From positions 96,001 through 160,000 of the IMG/VR virus record IMGVR_UViG_3300018876_000008: a DNA stretch of 64,000 bases, one strand, 5' to 3'. A program made the position numbers and the translations under genes. Positions within the stretch are counted from its first letter, which is position 1, and each line of letters starts with the position of its first letter. Below are positions 36,168-45,655 of this stretch, in pieces. The notes beneath the pieces were generated by a model. That model was not told where the DNA came from. It did not search any database and saw only the letters and a list, made by a program, of their open reading frames with translations. This DNA comes from a virus.

Positions 36168-36744
36168 ATACTACAGAAGAAACCGTTATAAGTCCTGAGG
36201 AAAGTAATGTCTGCATTAACTTATTAAATTCTACAGACTCAACACCAAACGTATTAACTACATTAATCAACATACCTAAGATAGGTAATAGGAAAGTATA
36301 TGCTAGTATGTCACCAGCCCTATAGACACTTACACCTAAAACATTTAACATGTCTGAAAATTTTACTTTAAGTTGGTTGACCTTGTCAATGGCGGATTTT
36401 AACTCATCAGATAACCCTTGATTATCGATATCTTTTTTCATTTTATCGTACTCTTTACCTTCAAAGTAAACTATTGATAACGCCGCAATAACTAAAGAAG
36501 AAACTTGCCAAGGTTCTAAACCAGTAAACTCACTGTTAAGATATTTTTCAACGGGTTCCATCAGAGCTCCAATACCCGCACCGTAAGTCAGTGCGAATTT
36601 TGTACTAATACCAAACTGTTTATTAACATCTGATATTATCTTCTTTGCTAATGAATCTAATCTTTTTAAAATTGAATTAATTTTATCTCCAATCCTTTCA
36701 TTTAAAATTATTTGATATTGTTCTTCTGTAATTAAAACTTTCAC
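36121..36744 (-). CDS. Hydrophobic protein with ITE/LNE leader
   Basis: MKVLITEEQYQIILNE; several hydrophobic helices; TATTTAT upstream. Confidence 0.75.
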   Translation of the reverse strand: MKVLITEEQYQIILNERIGDKINSILKRLDSLAKKIISDVNKQFGISTKFALTYGAGIGALMEPVEKYLNSEFTGLEPWQVSSLVIAALSIVYFEGKEYDKMKKDIDNQGLSDELKSAIDKVNQLKVKFSDMLNVLGVSVYRAGDILAYTFLLPILGMLINVVNTFGVESVEFNKLMQTLLSSGLITVSSVVFRDVVQKIAKTISKK

Positions 36745-36818
36745 TTTTAATGTTTTATTATAAATATGCGGTTTAACCTAAACTGTTATTGTATATATTT
36801 ATCTTAAAAGAGTTTAAT

Positions 36819-38444
36819 ATGAATCCTAAGTTAAAAGGTGGAGACAATATTGTTTTAATTTATATGAAAGACCCTTATTCCCCTATTGCAGGTGGAACTA
36901 AAGGAGTTGTTAATTATGTCACTAAAGACCCATTTGATAAAAATGAGGAAATAATATCTGTTGATTGGGAGAATGGTAGAAGTCTTAATTTGGTTTCTTC
37001 AGAGGATATATGGATAAAGGCGGAGGATATTGATAAGCCAATAAATGAAAGTCTTGAAAAGTTGGTAAATAGATTAGATGATAATAATTTAAATCCTGAA
37101 GATTTTGAGGATTTAATTTCACAATTAGACGATATTAATGTCACCGATTCTTTTTTAAGAAATTTAGATAGAAAGTTACTAAAGTCAGGAGATAAAAATG
37201 AAAATGTCAGGAAATACCTCAACAAATACTTGGACTCCCTCGGAAAAAGAGGAGAGGTTGAATCGGACCCATCGGATGATTTCGATGTTGAAGATGAATT
37301 TTTATATGGAGGAGTTGAACCAGAAAAATCGAAAATAGGTAGGAAACAATTTAAAAAAGAGTTACTACCACTTCAAGTAGAACTATTAAAATTACAGGAA
37401 CACGTAAAGGATAGTAATATACCTGTGGCAATTGTTATGGAAGGGAGAGACTCTGCCGGTAAGGGTTCCACAATACGTAAGATGACCGAATACTTAGACC
37501 CTAAATATTACAAAGTAGTCGCGTTGGGTATACCAACAAAAGAAGAAAGAAAAAATTGGTTTAAGAGATATGAACAATATATTGAACCAGGTAAAATTAC
37601 ATTTTTTGACCGTAGTTGGTATAACAGAGGAATTGTTGAACCTGTTATGGGTTATGGTAGTGAGGAAGAATATTTTAACTTTATGAATAATGTTAATGAC
37701 TTTGAACAGTCTTTAATTGACAGAGGAGTATTATTATTCAAATTTTGGTTATCTATAACTTCTGATACTCAGAAGAGAAGGTTTGAACTTAGAAAAAATT
37801 CACCATTAAAGTATTGGAAATTCTCACCTAATGATGAAAAGTCTATTGATAAGTGGGATGACTATACGGAGTATAAAGAAAAAGTACTAACTCAAACTAA
37901 AGAAGCCCAACCGTGGACTGTGGTTGATACTAATGATAAAAGAGTTGGTACACTTAACCTTTTAAGACATATATTAAAAAATGTAAACTATAAAGATAAG
38001 GATGAAAGTAACTTCGGTATGGGATTTCCTGAAGTTGTAACAACTGTAAATGAAAATAAAAACCCTGAATTAGACAGTCTAATAGCACTTAAAGATATTT
38101 TCAAATATTCTAATGAAAAAATATTTTTTGACTTCTTAAGTAAAATTAGAGAATCAGGAATTGTTAATATGTTTGAATCTGGTCAATTTTTATTCTCAGG
38201 TCCGCAATATTTAAAAAAGTTTTTAGAGTTCGAAGAATTAAAAAGAGGGGAAGAATACGATGAAGATATGGTTGAGGAGTTATTAGACTTATCACAAAAA
38301 ACACGAGACGAATTTATTAGAATGGCCATGAAAATGGTACAAGACGAAGGTAGTGAAGACTATTCTAATAGAAATTTAGAGACAAAAATAAGAGCCCTCA
38401 CAAGGAAGGCTCTTTTGTACTACATACAAATGTTCGGGAGATAA
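36819..38444 (+). CDS. ppk2: Polyphosphate kinase 2 fused between DUF4314-like and DUF5049-like domains
   Basis: EGRDSAGKG, FDRSWYNR, RF..R..SPLKYWKFSP.D; N-terminal MKDPY..G..G..V.W.NGRSL.L..ED; C-terminal IRESGIVNMF. Confidence 0.85.
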   Translation: MNPKLKGGDNIVLIYMKDPYSPIAGGTKGVVNYVTKDPFDKNEEIISVDWENGRSLNLVSSEDIWIKAEDIDKPINESLEKLVNRLDDNNLNPEDFEDLISQLDDINVTDSFLRNLDRKLLKSGDKNENVRKYLNKYLDSLGKRGEVESDPSDDFDVEDEFLYGGVEPEKSKIGRKQFKKELLPLQVELLKLQEHVKDSNIPVAIVMEGRDSAGKGSTIRKMTEYLDPKYYKVVALGIPTKEERKNWFKRYEQYIEPGKITFFDRSWYNRGIVEPVMGYGSEEEYFNFMNNVNDFEQSLIDRGVLLFKFWLSITSDTQKRRFELRKNSPLKYWKFSPNDEKSIDKWDDYTEYKEKVLTQTKEAQPWTVVDTNDKRVGTLNLLRHILKNVNYKDKDESNFGMGFPEVVTTVNENKNPELDSLIALKDIFKYSNEKIFFDFLSKIRESGIVNMFESGQFLFSGPQYLKKFLEFEELKRGEEYDEDMVEELLDLSQKTRDEFIRMAMKMVQDEGSEDYSNRNLETKIRALTRKALLYYIQMFGR

Positions 38445-38837
38445 TTAAATTGAATCTTTAATATTCAACTTACCGATGTTAACTTTCCACTTCTCAACAC
38501 CATAAAGTACGAGTTCACGTGCGACTGATTTTTCGATAAGACGCCGAATTTCTCGGTTTCGATAGATAGCACTTCGGAAATTCCTATCATCATCAATTCG
38601 ACACAACCCATCCGAATCGGTTCTCCAACCCCAACCCTTCATTCTTCCTGAGATATTAACATTTACCTTAAGTGTACTACTATACTCACAATCTTTTTTA
38701 ATGTGAGTAATTTTAAAATCAAGGTCATGAGAATCATACCTCCAAGTCGCAATCAGGTTTTTTGAGTTAAACGTTTTACGTTTAATCAAATCTCTAACTT
38801 TTTTATCATTTTGGTACTGTTCGATGAAGTTGGACAT
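38445..38837 (-). CDS. Hypothetical protein
   Basis: 130 aa ORF; TATATTTG upstream. Confidence 0.7.
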   Translation of the reverse strand: MSNFIEQYQNDKKVRDLIKRKTFNSKNLIATWRYDSHDLDFKITHIKKDCEYSSTLKVNVNISGRMKGWGWRTDSDGLCRIDDDRNFRSAIYRNREIRRLIEKSVARELVLYGVEKWKVNIGKLNIKDSI

Positions 38838-38878
38838 ATTTCCTTTGTTTTGTGTTATACAAATATAAGGATAAACTT

Positions 38879-39136
38879 TTAAACTGCCATAGATGTAGTC
38901 AAAAAAATAGGATTTCTTTCACCAAAATATCCACCAACCATATTAAAATAATAATAGTCCACAGCTTCTTCTTCTGTCATATGACCAGTTTTAACTAGTT
39001 TTTGTATAATTCTTTGTTTTGAGTATGCGATACAGGTTTCATGTCCAAATGATTCACTTATACCTATAATACAATCATCAAAACCATCTAACACTATTGC
39101 CCCTTCCGCAATTTCATCAATATCTTCTCTATTCAT
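38879..39136 (-). CDS. Conserved phage-type hypothetical protein
   Basis: GFDDCIIG..YS..EEA.DY..FN..GGY.GE.NP.F. Confidence 0.75.
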   Translation of the reverse strand: MNREDIDEIAEGAIVLDGFDDCIIGISESFGHETCIAYSKQRIIQKLVKTGHMTEEEAVDYYYFNMVGGYFGERNPIFLTTSMAV

Positions 39137-39222
39137 AATTTTTATTTAAAATATAATTTATTCTACATACATAGTCAAATGAGAAATGATAATTACGGTA
39201 TATTTATAGTAAAAACAAGATT

Positions 39223-40200
39223 ATGAGAAATTATATGACTATATCAGACGAAGAAAAAAATTCAATACTTCAATCACATTCATCTTTTTATAATGGATAT
39301 GCCACAGGTAATGTACCGACAAACGTACAACCTTTGAGAGTTGATAAGAGTATTAATGATAGTAACGGTATTACTGTTGATAACAAAGGAAATGTAAAAA
39401 CATACAAAAACCATAAGATTAATGAATCTGTAATATCTGAACAAGAAGGTAAAGGATGTGCAGAATCTGAAGGTGGTTCAGGATGTATTAAGAAAAAAGA
39501 TGGTGAATGGGTTATTATGAATAATAAAAAAGGTGGTATTTTTAAAAAATGTTCATCTAAAAAAGATTGTGAAGAAATATTGGCAGGATATCACGCTAGT
39601 GTTAATGAAGTACAACATAATGGGCCTGAAGAAAGAGACGAATTTGACGGTAGACCAGGGGAAGTTATTGGTGTTGATTCTAACATTAAAAAACAACGTA
39701 AAGAAATGGGTGAAATGGAAGCTAACGATATGGACGTATCTGATGTTGATTCAGCTTATGATTTTGACTCAGGAGGTCCTGAACAATTTGATAGTTCTTA
39801 CACAGACGACTCATACGGTTTAGATATTGATTCAATAATGAAAATGTTTGGTACTGATATGTCACCCGCACAATATCATGATGAAGAAGATATGATGAAT
39901 GGTAGTTTAGATGGTAAAGAAAAGTTTAACGATGAAGATTCAGCTTATGAATTTGATTCACAAGGTGGAAATGCGGCAGTTTACTACGAAGAAGAACAAT
40001 GTGAAGGATGTGGTGAAAAGTACGAAGAAGAAGTAAAAGAGAAAGAAGTATGTGAAGGTTGTGGAAGTGAAATGTATGAAGGAGAATGTGTAGAATGTGG
40101 TTCTTTATATGAAGAGATTGACGAGGAAATTCACGAATCTTTTACACAAAATAGAAAAATGATAAAAGAAATGTTTAATAGAATAGGAAGATTTAATTAA
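39223..40200 (+). CDS. Acidic low-complexity protein, possible head scaffold or internal protein
   Basis: INES, ISEQ, VNE, IHES sites; SAY(D/E)FDS repeats; CxxCG x3; TATTTAT upstream. Confidence 0.6.
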   Translation: MRNYMTISDEEKNSILQSHSSFYNGYATGNVPTNVQPLRVDKSINDSNGITVDNKGNVKTYKNHKINESVISEQEGKGCAESEGGSGCIKKKDGEWVIMNNKKGGIFKKCSSKKDCEEILAGYHASVNEVQHNGPEERDEFDGRPGEVIGVDSNIKKQRKEMGEMEANDMDVSDVDSAYDFDSGGPEQFDSSYTDDSYGLDIDSIMKMFGTDMSPAQYHDEEDMMNGSLDGKEKFNDEDSAYEFDSQGGNAAVYYEEEQCEGCGEKYEEEVKEKEVCEGCGSEMYEGECVECGSLYEEIDEEIHESFTQNRKMIKEMFNRIGRFN

Positions 40201-40218
40201 ACAAAAGTATAACCAAAC

Positions 40219-40247
40219 AAAAAACCCATGTTATCATGGGTTTTTTT
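40219..40247. terminator. Bidirectional intrinsic terminator
   Basis: AAAAAACCCATG-TTAT-CATGGGTTTTTTT. Confidence 0.85.
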
Positions 40248-41922
40248 ATATATTCTTATATAGAATACCTTCCTCAACCAACCTTCGATTTTTTGGAAAA
40301 TAATCCCAATCTAAAGTTACCATTTTTTCACCGTCAAATAGGTAACCCTCATTAATCATTTTCTTTAGTTCATTTTCAGTTGTATGTGATAGTTCTTGAT
40401 GTGCGAAATTTCTTAATTTATGTAAATTAAATTCCACATTACCAAACCAAGATAAATGCCAACCATTAATGTCATTTAAATGTGTTGACTGTTCATATCT
40501 TTGATTTCTAATTTCTTGAGGTGTTGTTGTTTTTAAATATGACCATCTACTACAGGCGGGACCTGGCCATCTTAAATTCTTAAAGTCCCAATTAAAATTC
40601 CAATACATCCATCTCTGTAGTATTGTTCTAAAGGTTTTAAATTCTATGTGATTATTCTTTAGTCTATGTAAGATATCATCATCCCATATTTCATCGACAT
40701 CTGATATGAGTACTATATCATTATCGTGAGGGTTAATTTTTTCTAAGACAGTTTTAATACTATTTCTATGATAGTTTTCTCTAAACCAATTTATCCTGTC
40801 ATCTTCATTTTTTGGTTCAGGATTGGGCTCGTACAGTACTTCATTTGGTAAATCAACAACAACATGTTCTATTTTATGTAAAAATTTATCAAATAAATGT
40901 CTATTTTTTTGAAATATTAGTTCTTTATCTTTTCCTGTATGTGTATTTCTTGACTCAATTAATACAAAACGGTCAACATGATGATTCATTTCATGTAGTC
41001 TTAAATTTAACATATCTAATTCATGGTCAAATAAAAAACAGTCGTATATCATTGATGATTTATTTCTAATTCCTAAACCTGATATTCTATCCCATACTTT
41101 AGGTTTATCATAACCTTCATAATCTGCTATTTTTAATTTACCTGTAACTCCATTCTTATCTAATCCATTTGATGCGTACCCATCATTTATTAAACTAATT
41201 ATATTGTCATTACTCTTCCAAAAATCAGTTGCAATTTCACTATGTGCGAAAGAATAAACTTTATCACGAATAAAATCAAAATCACCAAACCAAGAAAAGT
41301 GGTATCCTCCATTGTCTTTTATATAAAATTCAGTTGATTTCTCATCCCACCTTTTATCTCTAATAGTTTGAAAAATCCTATTATCATTTATGTAATGAGA
41401 ATAGTAAAAAGCGGAGCTACCCATCCAATGATGCATTTTTTCTAACGAACTATTCCATACCAACCATTTTTGTTTAAAAATAACAGGAGAAAATGGTAAG
41501 TTACGATTCAGTTCATCAATGTTATCTAAGTTAGGAAATTCGTCAACATCTGATACTATAATAATATCGTCAAAATTTAAATCTAATGTTTTTAAAGCTT
41601 TACCGATAGATAATCTTTGGTGGTTTTCTCTAACCCAATTCATTGTCCTTAAATCGGGTACCTTAACTAATTTAGTTATCTCTTCTTGAGATAAATTATT
41701 TGGCATATCATCAACAACACATATGTGTATTTTATCAAACCATTTTTTAAATCTATCAATATTATTACTAAAAAACAGTTCTTTTTTTACACCAGTAAAT
41801 GTTTTAGTTGATTCCACAATCACAAACTTATCTACTTGTTCATAGTACTCTTCAAGTCTAAGTTCTAACAAATCTAACTCATTAAAAAAAAGTACAGTAT
41901 CTATTATTTTTTGTTTAATCAT
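40246..41922 (-). CDS. Tandem GT17-like (beta-1,4-GlcNAc transferase) glycosyltransferase
   Basis: Two copies of D..LF..ELD.L.LRL.E..VD.FV..ES..T.TG..K, RENxxR, SDVDE, G.H.SWFG..FAH.E. Confidence 0.85.
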   Translation of the reverse strand: MIKQKIIDTVLFFNELDLLELRLEEYYEQVDKFVIVESTKTFTGVKKELFFSNNIDRFKKWFDKIHICVVDDMPNNLSQEEITKLVKVPDLRTMNWVRENHQRLSIGKALKTLDLNFDDIIIVSDVDEFPNLDNIDELNRNLPFSPVIFKQKWLVWNSSLEKMHHWMGSSAFYYSHYINDNRIFQTIRDKRWDEKSTEFYIKDNGGYHFSWFGDFDFIRDKVYSFAHSEIATDFWKSNDNIISLINDGYASNGLDKNGVTGKLKIADYEGYDKPKVWDRISGLGIRNKSSMIYDCFLFDHELDMLNLRLHEMNHHVDRFVLIESRNTHTGKDKELIFQKNRHLFDKFLHKIEHVVVDLPNEVLYEPNPEPKNEDDRINWFRENYHRNSIKTVLEKINPHDNDIVLISDVDEIWDDDILHRLKNNHIEFKTFRTILQRWMYWNFNWDFKNLRWPGPACSRWSYLKTTTPQEIRNQRYEQSTHLNDINGWHLSWFGNVEFNLHKLRNFAHQELSHTTENELKKMINEGYLFDGEKMVTLDWDYFPKNRRLVEEGILYKNI

Positions 41923-42109
41923 CTAAACTAAGTTCGTAATATAGTTTATTATATTTTCTAAGAAGTATCTCATATCCACAGTAGTCACCACTTAATTTAT
42001 AATAAAGTTTAATATAGTTTAAAGAGTTATTTAGTTGTAATATGTCATTACATGACATTAATACTGATTCCGCTCGAAAATAATAATTTGTTATGTTGAT
42101 ATCTTTCAT
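41915..42109 (-). CDS. Small hypothetical protein
   Basis: 64 aa; TATATTTG upstream. Confidence 0.6.
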   Translation of the reverse strand: MKDINITNYYFRAESVLMSCNDILQLNNSLNYIKLYYKLSGDYCGYEILLRKYNKLYYELSLDD

Positions 42110-42161
42110 ATGTTTATTACTTTTATATTCTACAAATATAATAAAAAAAACCTAAAAGAAT

Positions 42162-42743
42162 ATGTCTGAAATTGAAATACCATCATCTTTAAAAGAATCT
42201 AAAGTAGATATGTTAAATTACTATTACTTTACTGATGTTTTTACATCTGAAGAAATCAACGAAATAATAAATTTATGTGAAGATTTAAAATTAAATGATG
42301 TTATTGAGGAGGATAGTTTACGTAGAAGTAAAGTAGGGTATTTATCACCACAAGAAGAAACATTGTGGATTTACGAAAAAATATTTTTATTATCAGAAAC
42401 CGCGAACGAGGAAATGGGTTGGGATTTTCAGATTGACGGAATATATGATGATATAGAATACTCAATTTATGAAAATGGTTCAGGTCAGTACATATGGTAT
42501 GCCGACATTAATAGTTCCCCTAATAATAAATTACATATAACTATAAATCTTTCGACAGATAAAGAGTACAGTGGTGGTGAGTTAGAATTTAATCTCGGTG
42601 GTGATGAGTCCTTAGTGAATCCTTCTAGTGAGGTGGGAAGTATGGTTGTAGTACCATCATATATATTAGGTAGAACTACACCAATATTATCAGGAGTAAA
42701 AAGAACATTAAAATTATCAATATCAGGAATTAAATTTAGATAA
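42162..42743 (+). CDS. 2OG-Fe(II) oxygenase-like protein with degenerate metal ligands
   Basis: RRSKV, LS...EYSGGELEF, G..VV.PSY, TPI.SG.KR.L; HxD replaced by YAD, distal His replaced by G. Confidence 0.75.
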   Translation: MSEIEIPSSLKESKVDMLNYYYFTDVFTSEEINEIINLCEDLKLNDVIEEDSLRRSKVGYLSPQEETLWIYEKIFLLSETANEEMGWDFQIDGIYDDIEYSIYENGSGQYIWYADINSSPNNKLHITINLSTDKEYSGGELEFNLGGDESLVNPSSEVGSMVVVPSYILGRTTPILSGVKRTLKLSISGIKFR

Positions 42744-43135
42744 TGACACACATTATAAACGAAGATAATTTAACAGAATATATTTTAAAATATGATAGAA
42801 TCATATGGTTTATGTTTTTTGATGGTCAAGATAACCGTTCACTCTCTATAAAACCAAATTCTGATTTACTAAATGAAGTACTCACAGAATTTCCTGACGT
42901 TACGTTTTTTGAAACAAATTTAACTCATAATCCTAAAATAATAGAACATTTTAAATTAACCGATAAATTTATATGGGATTATAATGAGAATAGGTTTAAC
43001 CCTAGAATAATAACAGTAAAAGATGGTAAAAAAATATATGACCAATCAGGTACGGAATGTTATTGTTTAGAAACTTTATTAAAAATGATTTTTGATTTAC
43101 ATCCTGAATTAATTCCTGTACCACCCAGTGAGTGA
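42743..43135 (+). CDS. Thioredoxin-fold-like protein lacking the active-site CxxC
   Basis: EFPDVTFFETNL..NPKI..HF, PRII..KDGK. Confidence 0.45.
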   Translation: MTHIINEDNLTEYILKYDRIIWFMFFDGQDNRSLSIKPNSDLLNEVLTEFPDVTFFETNLTHNPKIIEHFKLTDKFIWDYNENRFNPRIITVKDGKKIYDQSGTECYCLETLLKMIFDLHPELIPVPPSE

Positions 43136-43825
43136 TAACCTAATTTCAGGTGTTCCGGGGTTAACGTGAGATACGTAATGTAATTTACCTTTATCTTCAG
43201 GTAGTAAAAATAACGTTAAACTATTAAATGTCGGTACTTCAATATTTTCAACAACATTACCATCATCATTAAGAAAATGTAATAACCCTCCATACTCAGG
43301 TTTCCAATCTTTTGTTAATTGTAATACAAATCCTACAATACCATTAGGACTATCTTGATGTGGAGATAAAAAATCACCAGGAACGTAACAAGCCGCAAAT
43401 ACTTCATTAGAACCTGTTATTTTTAAATCGGTGACTTTGGAAACCAAATCGTGAGATTCTTTATCGTTTAAATAATTTCTAATTTGACACTCTGTACAGT
43501 CACAATCATCGTAGTGATTATCTAATGTTCTATGAAAAGAATAGGAAAATTCATTATTACCAAAAGATTCGGTAGAGAACTGTCTGGCTCTTTCTATATT
43601 ACTATATTCTTGAGGTGTATTTCTAAAATAACTAACACCGTCAATATTTTCTGAAGGATAAGTTGCGACAGACCACCAATCACTTGGCATCTCATAACTA
43701 AAAAAGTTATGTAAATTTTCAGCTACATCTTCTTTTAAGTAATTATCAATAACAACATAACCTTTTTCTTTAAAGGTTTCATTAAGTTTAGTTAAATCTA
43801 AATTAGGGTTAATTAAATCTTTCAT
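43109..43825 (-). CDS. 2OG-Fe(II) oxygenase
   Basis: Y.PGDFLSPHQD, W.PEYGGLL, PTFNSL..F, HYVS.V, RLSLTGW. Confidence 0.9.
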   Translation of the reverse strand: MKDLINPNLDLTKLNETFKEKGYVVIDNYLKEDVAENLHNFFSYEMPSDWWSVATYPSENIDGVSYFRNTPQEYSNIERARQFSTESFGNNEFSYSFHRTLDNHYDDCDCTECQIRNYLNDKESHDLVSKVTDLKITGSNEVFAACYVPGDFLSPHQDSPNGIVGFVLQLTKDWKPEYGGLLHFLNDDGNVVENIEVPTFNSLTLFLLPEDKGKLHYVSHVNPGTPEIRLSLTGWYRN

Positions 43826-43847
43826 ATGTTATATATTAATAAAATGT

Positions 43848-44426
43848 TTAATAATCTGTAGTAAAAAAGAAAACTTGGAACAACCTACCGTCATACATAT
43901 CTTGACCAAAATAGTCCATAGATACATGATAGTTATCTGACCTATACATCACCAAACGATTAAATTTATTACCTAAACGGTCAACTAACTCCCATTTAGT
44001 ATAATCTCTGGGTTCAATCATATGAGGAGCTTTGAGAGTCTCTTCTTCACTGTGTAAATTATTATCCCACCCACAAAGACCTGTTTCTTTATGTTTATAT
44101 AAACCAGTTCCCGAACTTACAGGTGCGTCAGGAGTTAAATATAAAACTGCTGCCCAACCTGTAGTACTGTCAGAATGAATCCATGACCTATCATAAGCTG
44201 TAGTGTATTGGTAAGAACCTGAATAATCTCCACCCCAATGTGTTACCTCACCGGCAAAAGGTCTAATTATTTCTTGAATAGACTTTTTTAAGTCATCAGT
44301 TAAAAAAGATACTGTACGGTGACCAGGATAATTACCGTCCACATTGAAATCTTGAGAAAGAGCGAACTCTCTCACTTCTTCAGGGTTACGATAAAAGTCA
44401 TCAATTATTAAAGTGTTAACTCTCAT
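43848..44426 (-). CDS. DUF6445-like 2OG-Fe(II) oxygenase-fold protein
   Basis: IIDDFY.NP..VR, YPG.RT, WIHSD, VLYL.P, GT.LY, NRLV.Y, RLFQVFF. Confidence 0.8.
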   Translation of the reverse strand: MRVNTLIIDDFYRNPEEVREFALSQDFNVDGNYPGHRTVSFLTDDLKKSIQEIIRPFAGEVTHWGGDYSGSYQYTTAYDRSWIHSDSTTGWAAVLYLTPDAPVSSGTGLYKHKETGLCGWDNNLHSEEETLKAPHMIEPRDYTKWELVDRLGNKFNRLVMYRSDNYHVSMDYFGQDMYDGRLFQVFFFTTDY

Positions 44427-44427
44427 A

Positions 44428-44745
44428 TTATTCTTCTGTTAATTTTGGATAATCTTTATCTGAAAAGTAATCATAAATAAAATCTAGTAAATCACTACTC
44501 TCTAAATAATCTTCAATATATTCATCGGCACTTATAACCCAATCTTTAGTGTAGTGACTTTCGGTGGCGTAGTCCCACTCATCGCTAAACATTTCTAAAT
44601 GGCCACCATTTTCTAAATATTCGTGAAAAACATCTTCACAAATTTCTAAATCTCTGTATCCTTCTTCATTATTAACGGAAAAACTAATACTTAATTCACC
44701 GTTAAAAAAGATATAATCAAGTATCTCTATTTGGTCTTTACTCAT
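44428..44745 (-). CDS. Small very acidic protein
   Basis: 105 aa, D/E and aromatic rich. Confidence 0.7.
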   Translation of the reverse strand: MSKDQIEILDYIFFNGELSISFSVNNEEGYRDLEICEDVFHEYLENGGHLEMFSDEWDYATESHYTKDWVISADEYIEDYLESSDLLDFIYDYFSDKDYPKLTEE

Positions 44746-44792
44746 TTTTTAGATATTTGTATATAAAATAAAACATTTATTTAATTAAGGAA

Positions 44793-45098
44793 ATGGAAAT
44801 TAGAGAAATAATATCCTCATATATAAACAAAGATAGTAACATTTTAAGGGTTGAGTTCCAAATGTTAGAGGACGAAGGTACTAGAACCGATGTAATCGAA
44901 TATGAATATATTGTGGAGTTCGGTTATGATACTGAAAGTACTATGGATGTGTTTGAGGATTATGATACAGATTATGATGAATGGGAAACTTGGGATGACG
45001 ATGGTGAGGTCTTTATTGATGACGAAACACTTATTTTATTTTTAAATGAATATTATGTTGTTTTTCCTGATAGAATTCCTGACGAAGAATACAATTAA
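44793..45098 (+). CDS. Small very acidic protein (apparent paralog of the divergent neighbour)
   Basis: 101 aa, D/E and aromatic rich. Confidence 0.7.
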   Translation: MEIREIISSYINKDSNILRVEFQMLEDEGTRTDVIEYEYIVEFGYDTESTMDVFEDYDTDYDEWETWDDDGEVFIDDETLILFLNEYYVVFPDRIPDEEYN

Positions 45099-45112
45099 GA
45101 CTATTTATTGAT

Positions 45113-45622
45113 ATGTCAGGTATGATTCCACAAAATAATAATAATAGTGAAGAAAACGAAAAAGTTTACTCACCTATGGTTAGGTTAATGACCCAACTAT
45201 TAGGTAAGATATTTTTAACTAAACCCGTATTCTTCGGTATCGATGAGCAAAAAATAACTGTTGTAGTTAGTCCAAGCTTAAAGGTATTTGGTATCTACGC
45301 TTCACCTAATAGACTTATGAAAAAGTTTCCGTTTGAGGAAAAGAAAATATTAAGTCTTAGAGAGTTAAAGAGATGGGCGGAAGAAAATGATTTTGAAATA
45401 TCATTTACTGCAGAAACGGGAAAACTTAAAAGAGACTTACTTATGGGATTAGGTGATGTTATGGTCGAATCTAAGAAACCTAAAGAAAGAGAACTTAACG
45501 TTGTGGTAATGGAAGAATTGAACAAATCTAAATTACCTGAGTCTATTAAAGAGTGGGCTAAAGACAATCCTGAAAAATTTATAAAGAATATAAGACACGT
45601 TCAAAACTTACTTAAAAAATAA
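45113..45622 (+). CDS. Hypothetical protein
   Basis: 169 aa; TATTTAT 4 nt before ATG. Confidence 0.75.
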   Translation: MSGMIPQNNNNSEENEKVYSPMVRLMTQLLGKIFLTKPVFFGIDEQKITVVVSPSLKVFGIYASPNRLMKKFPFEEKKILSLRELKRWAEENDFEISFTAETGKLKRDLLMGLGDVMVESKKPKERELNVVVMEELNKSKLPESIKEWAKDNPEKFIKNIRHVQNLLKK

Positions 45623-45647
45623 AAAGTGGTCGATTGACCACTTTTTT
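45621..45647. terminator. Bidirectional intrinsic terminator
   Basis: AAAAAGTGGTC-GATT-GACCACTTTTTT. Confidence 0.85.
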
Positions 45648-45655
45648 AGTATATA

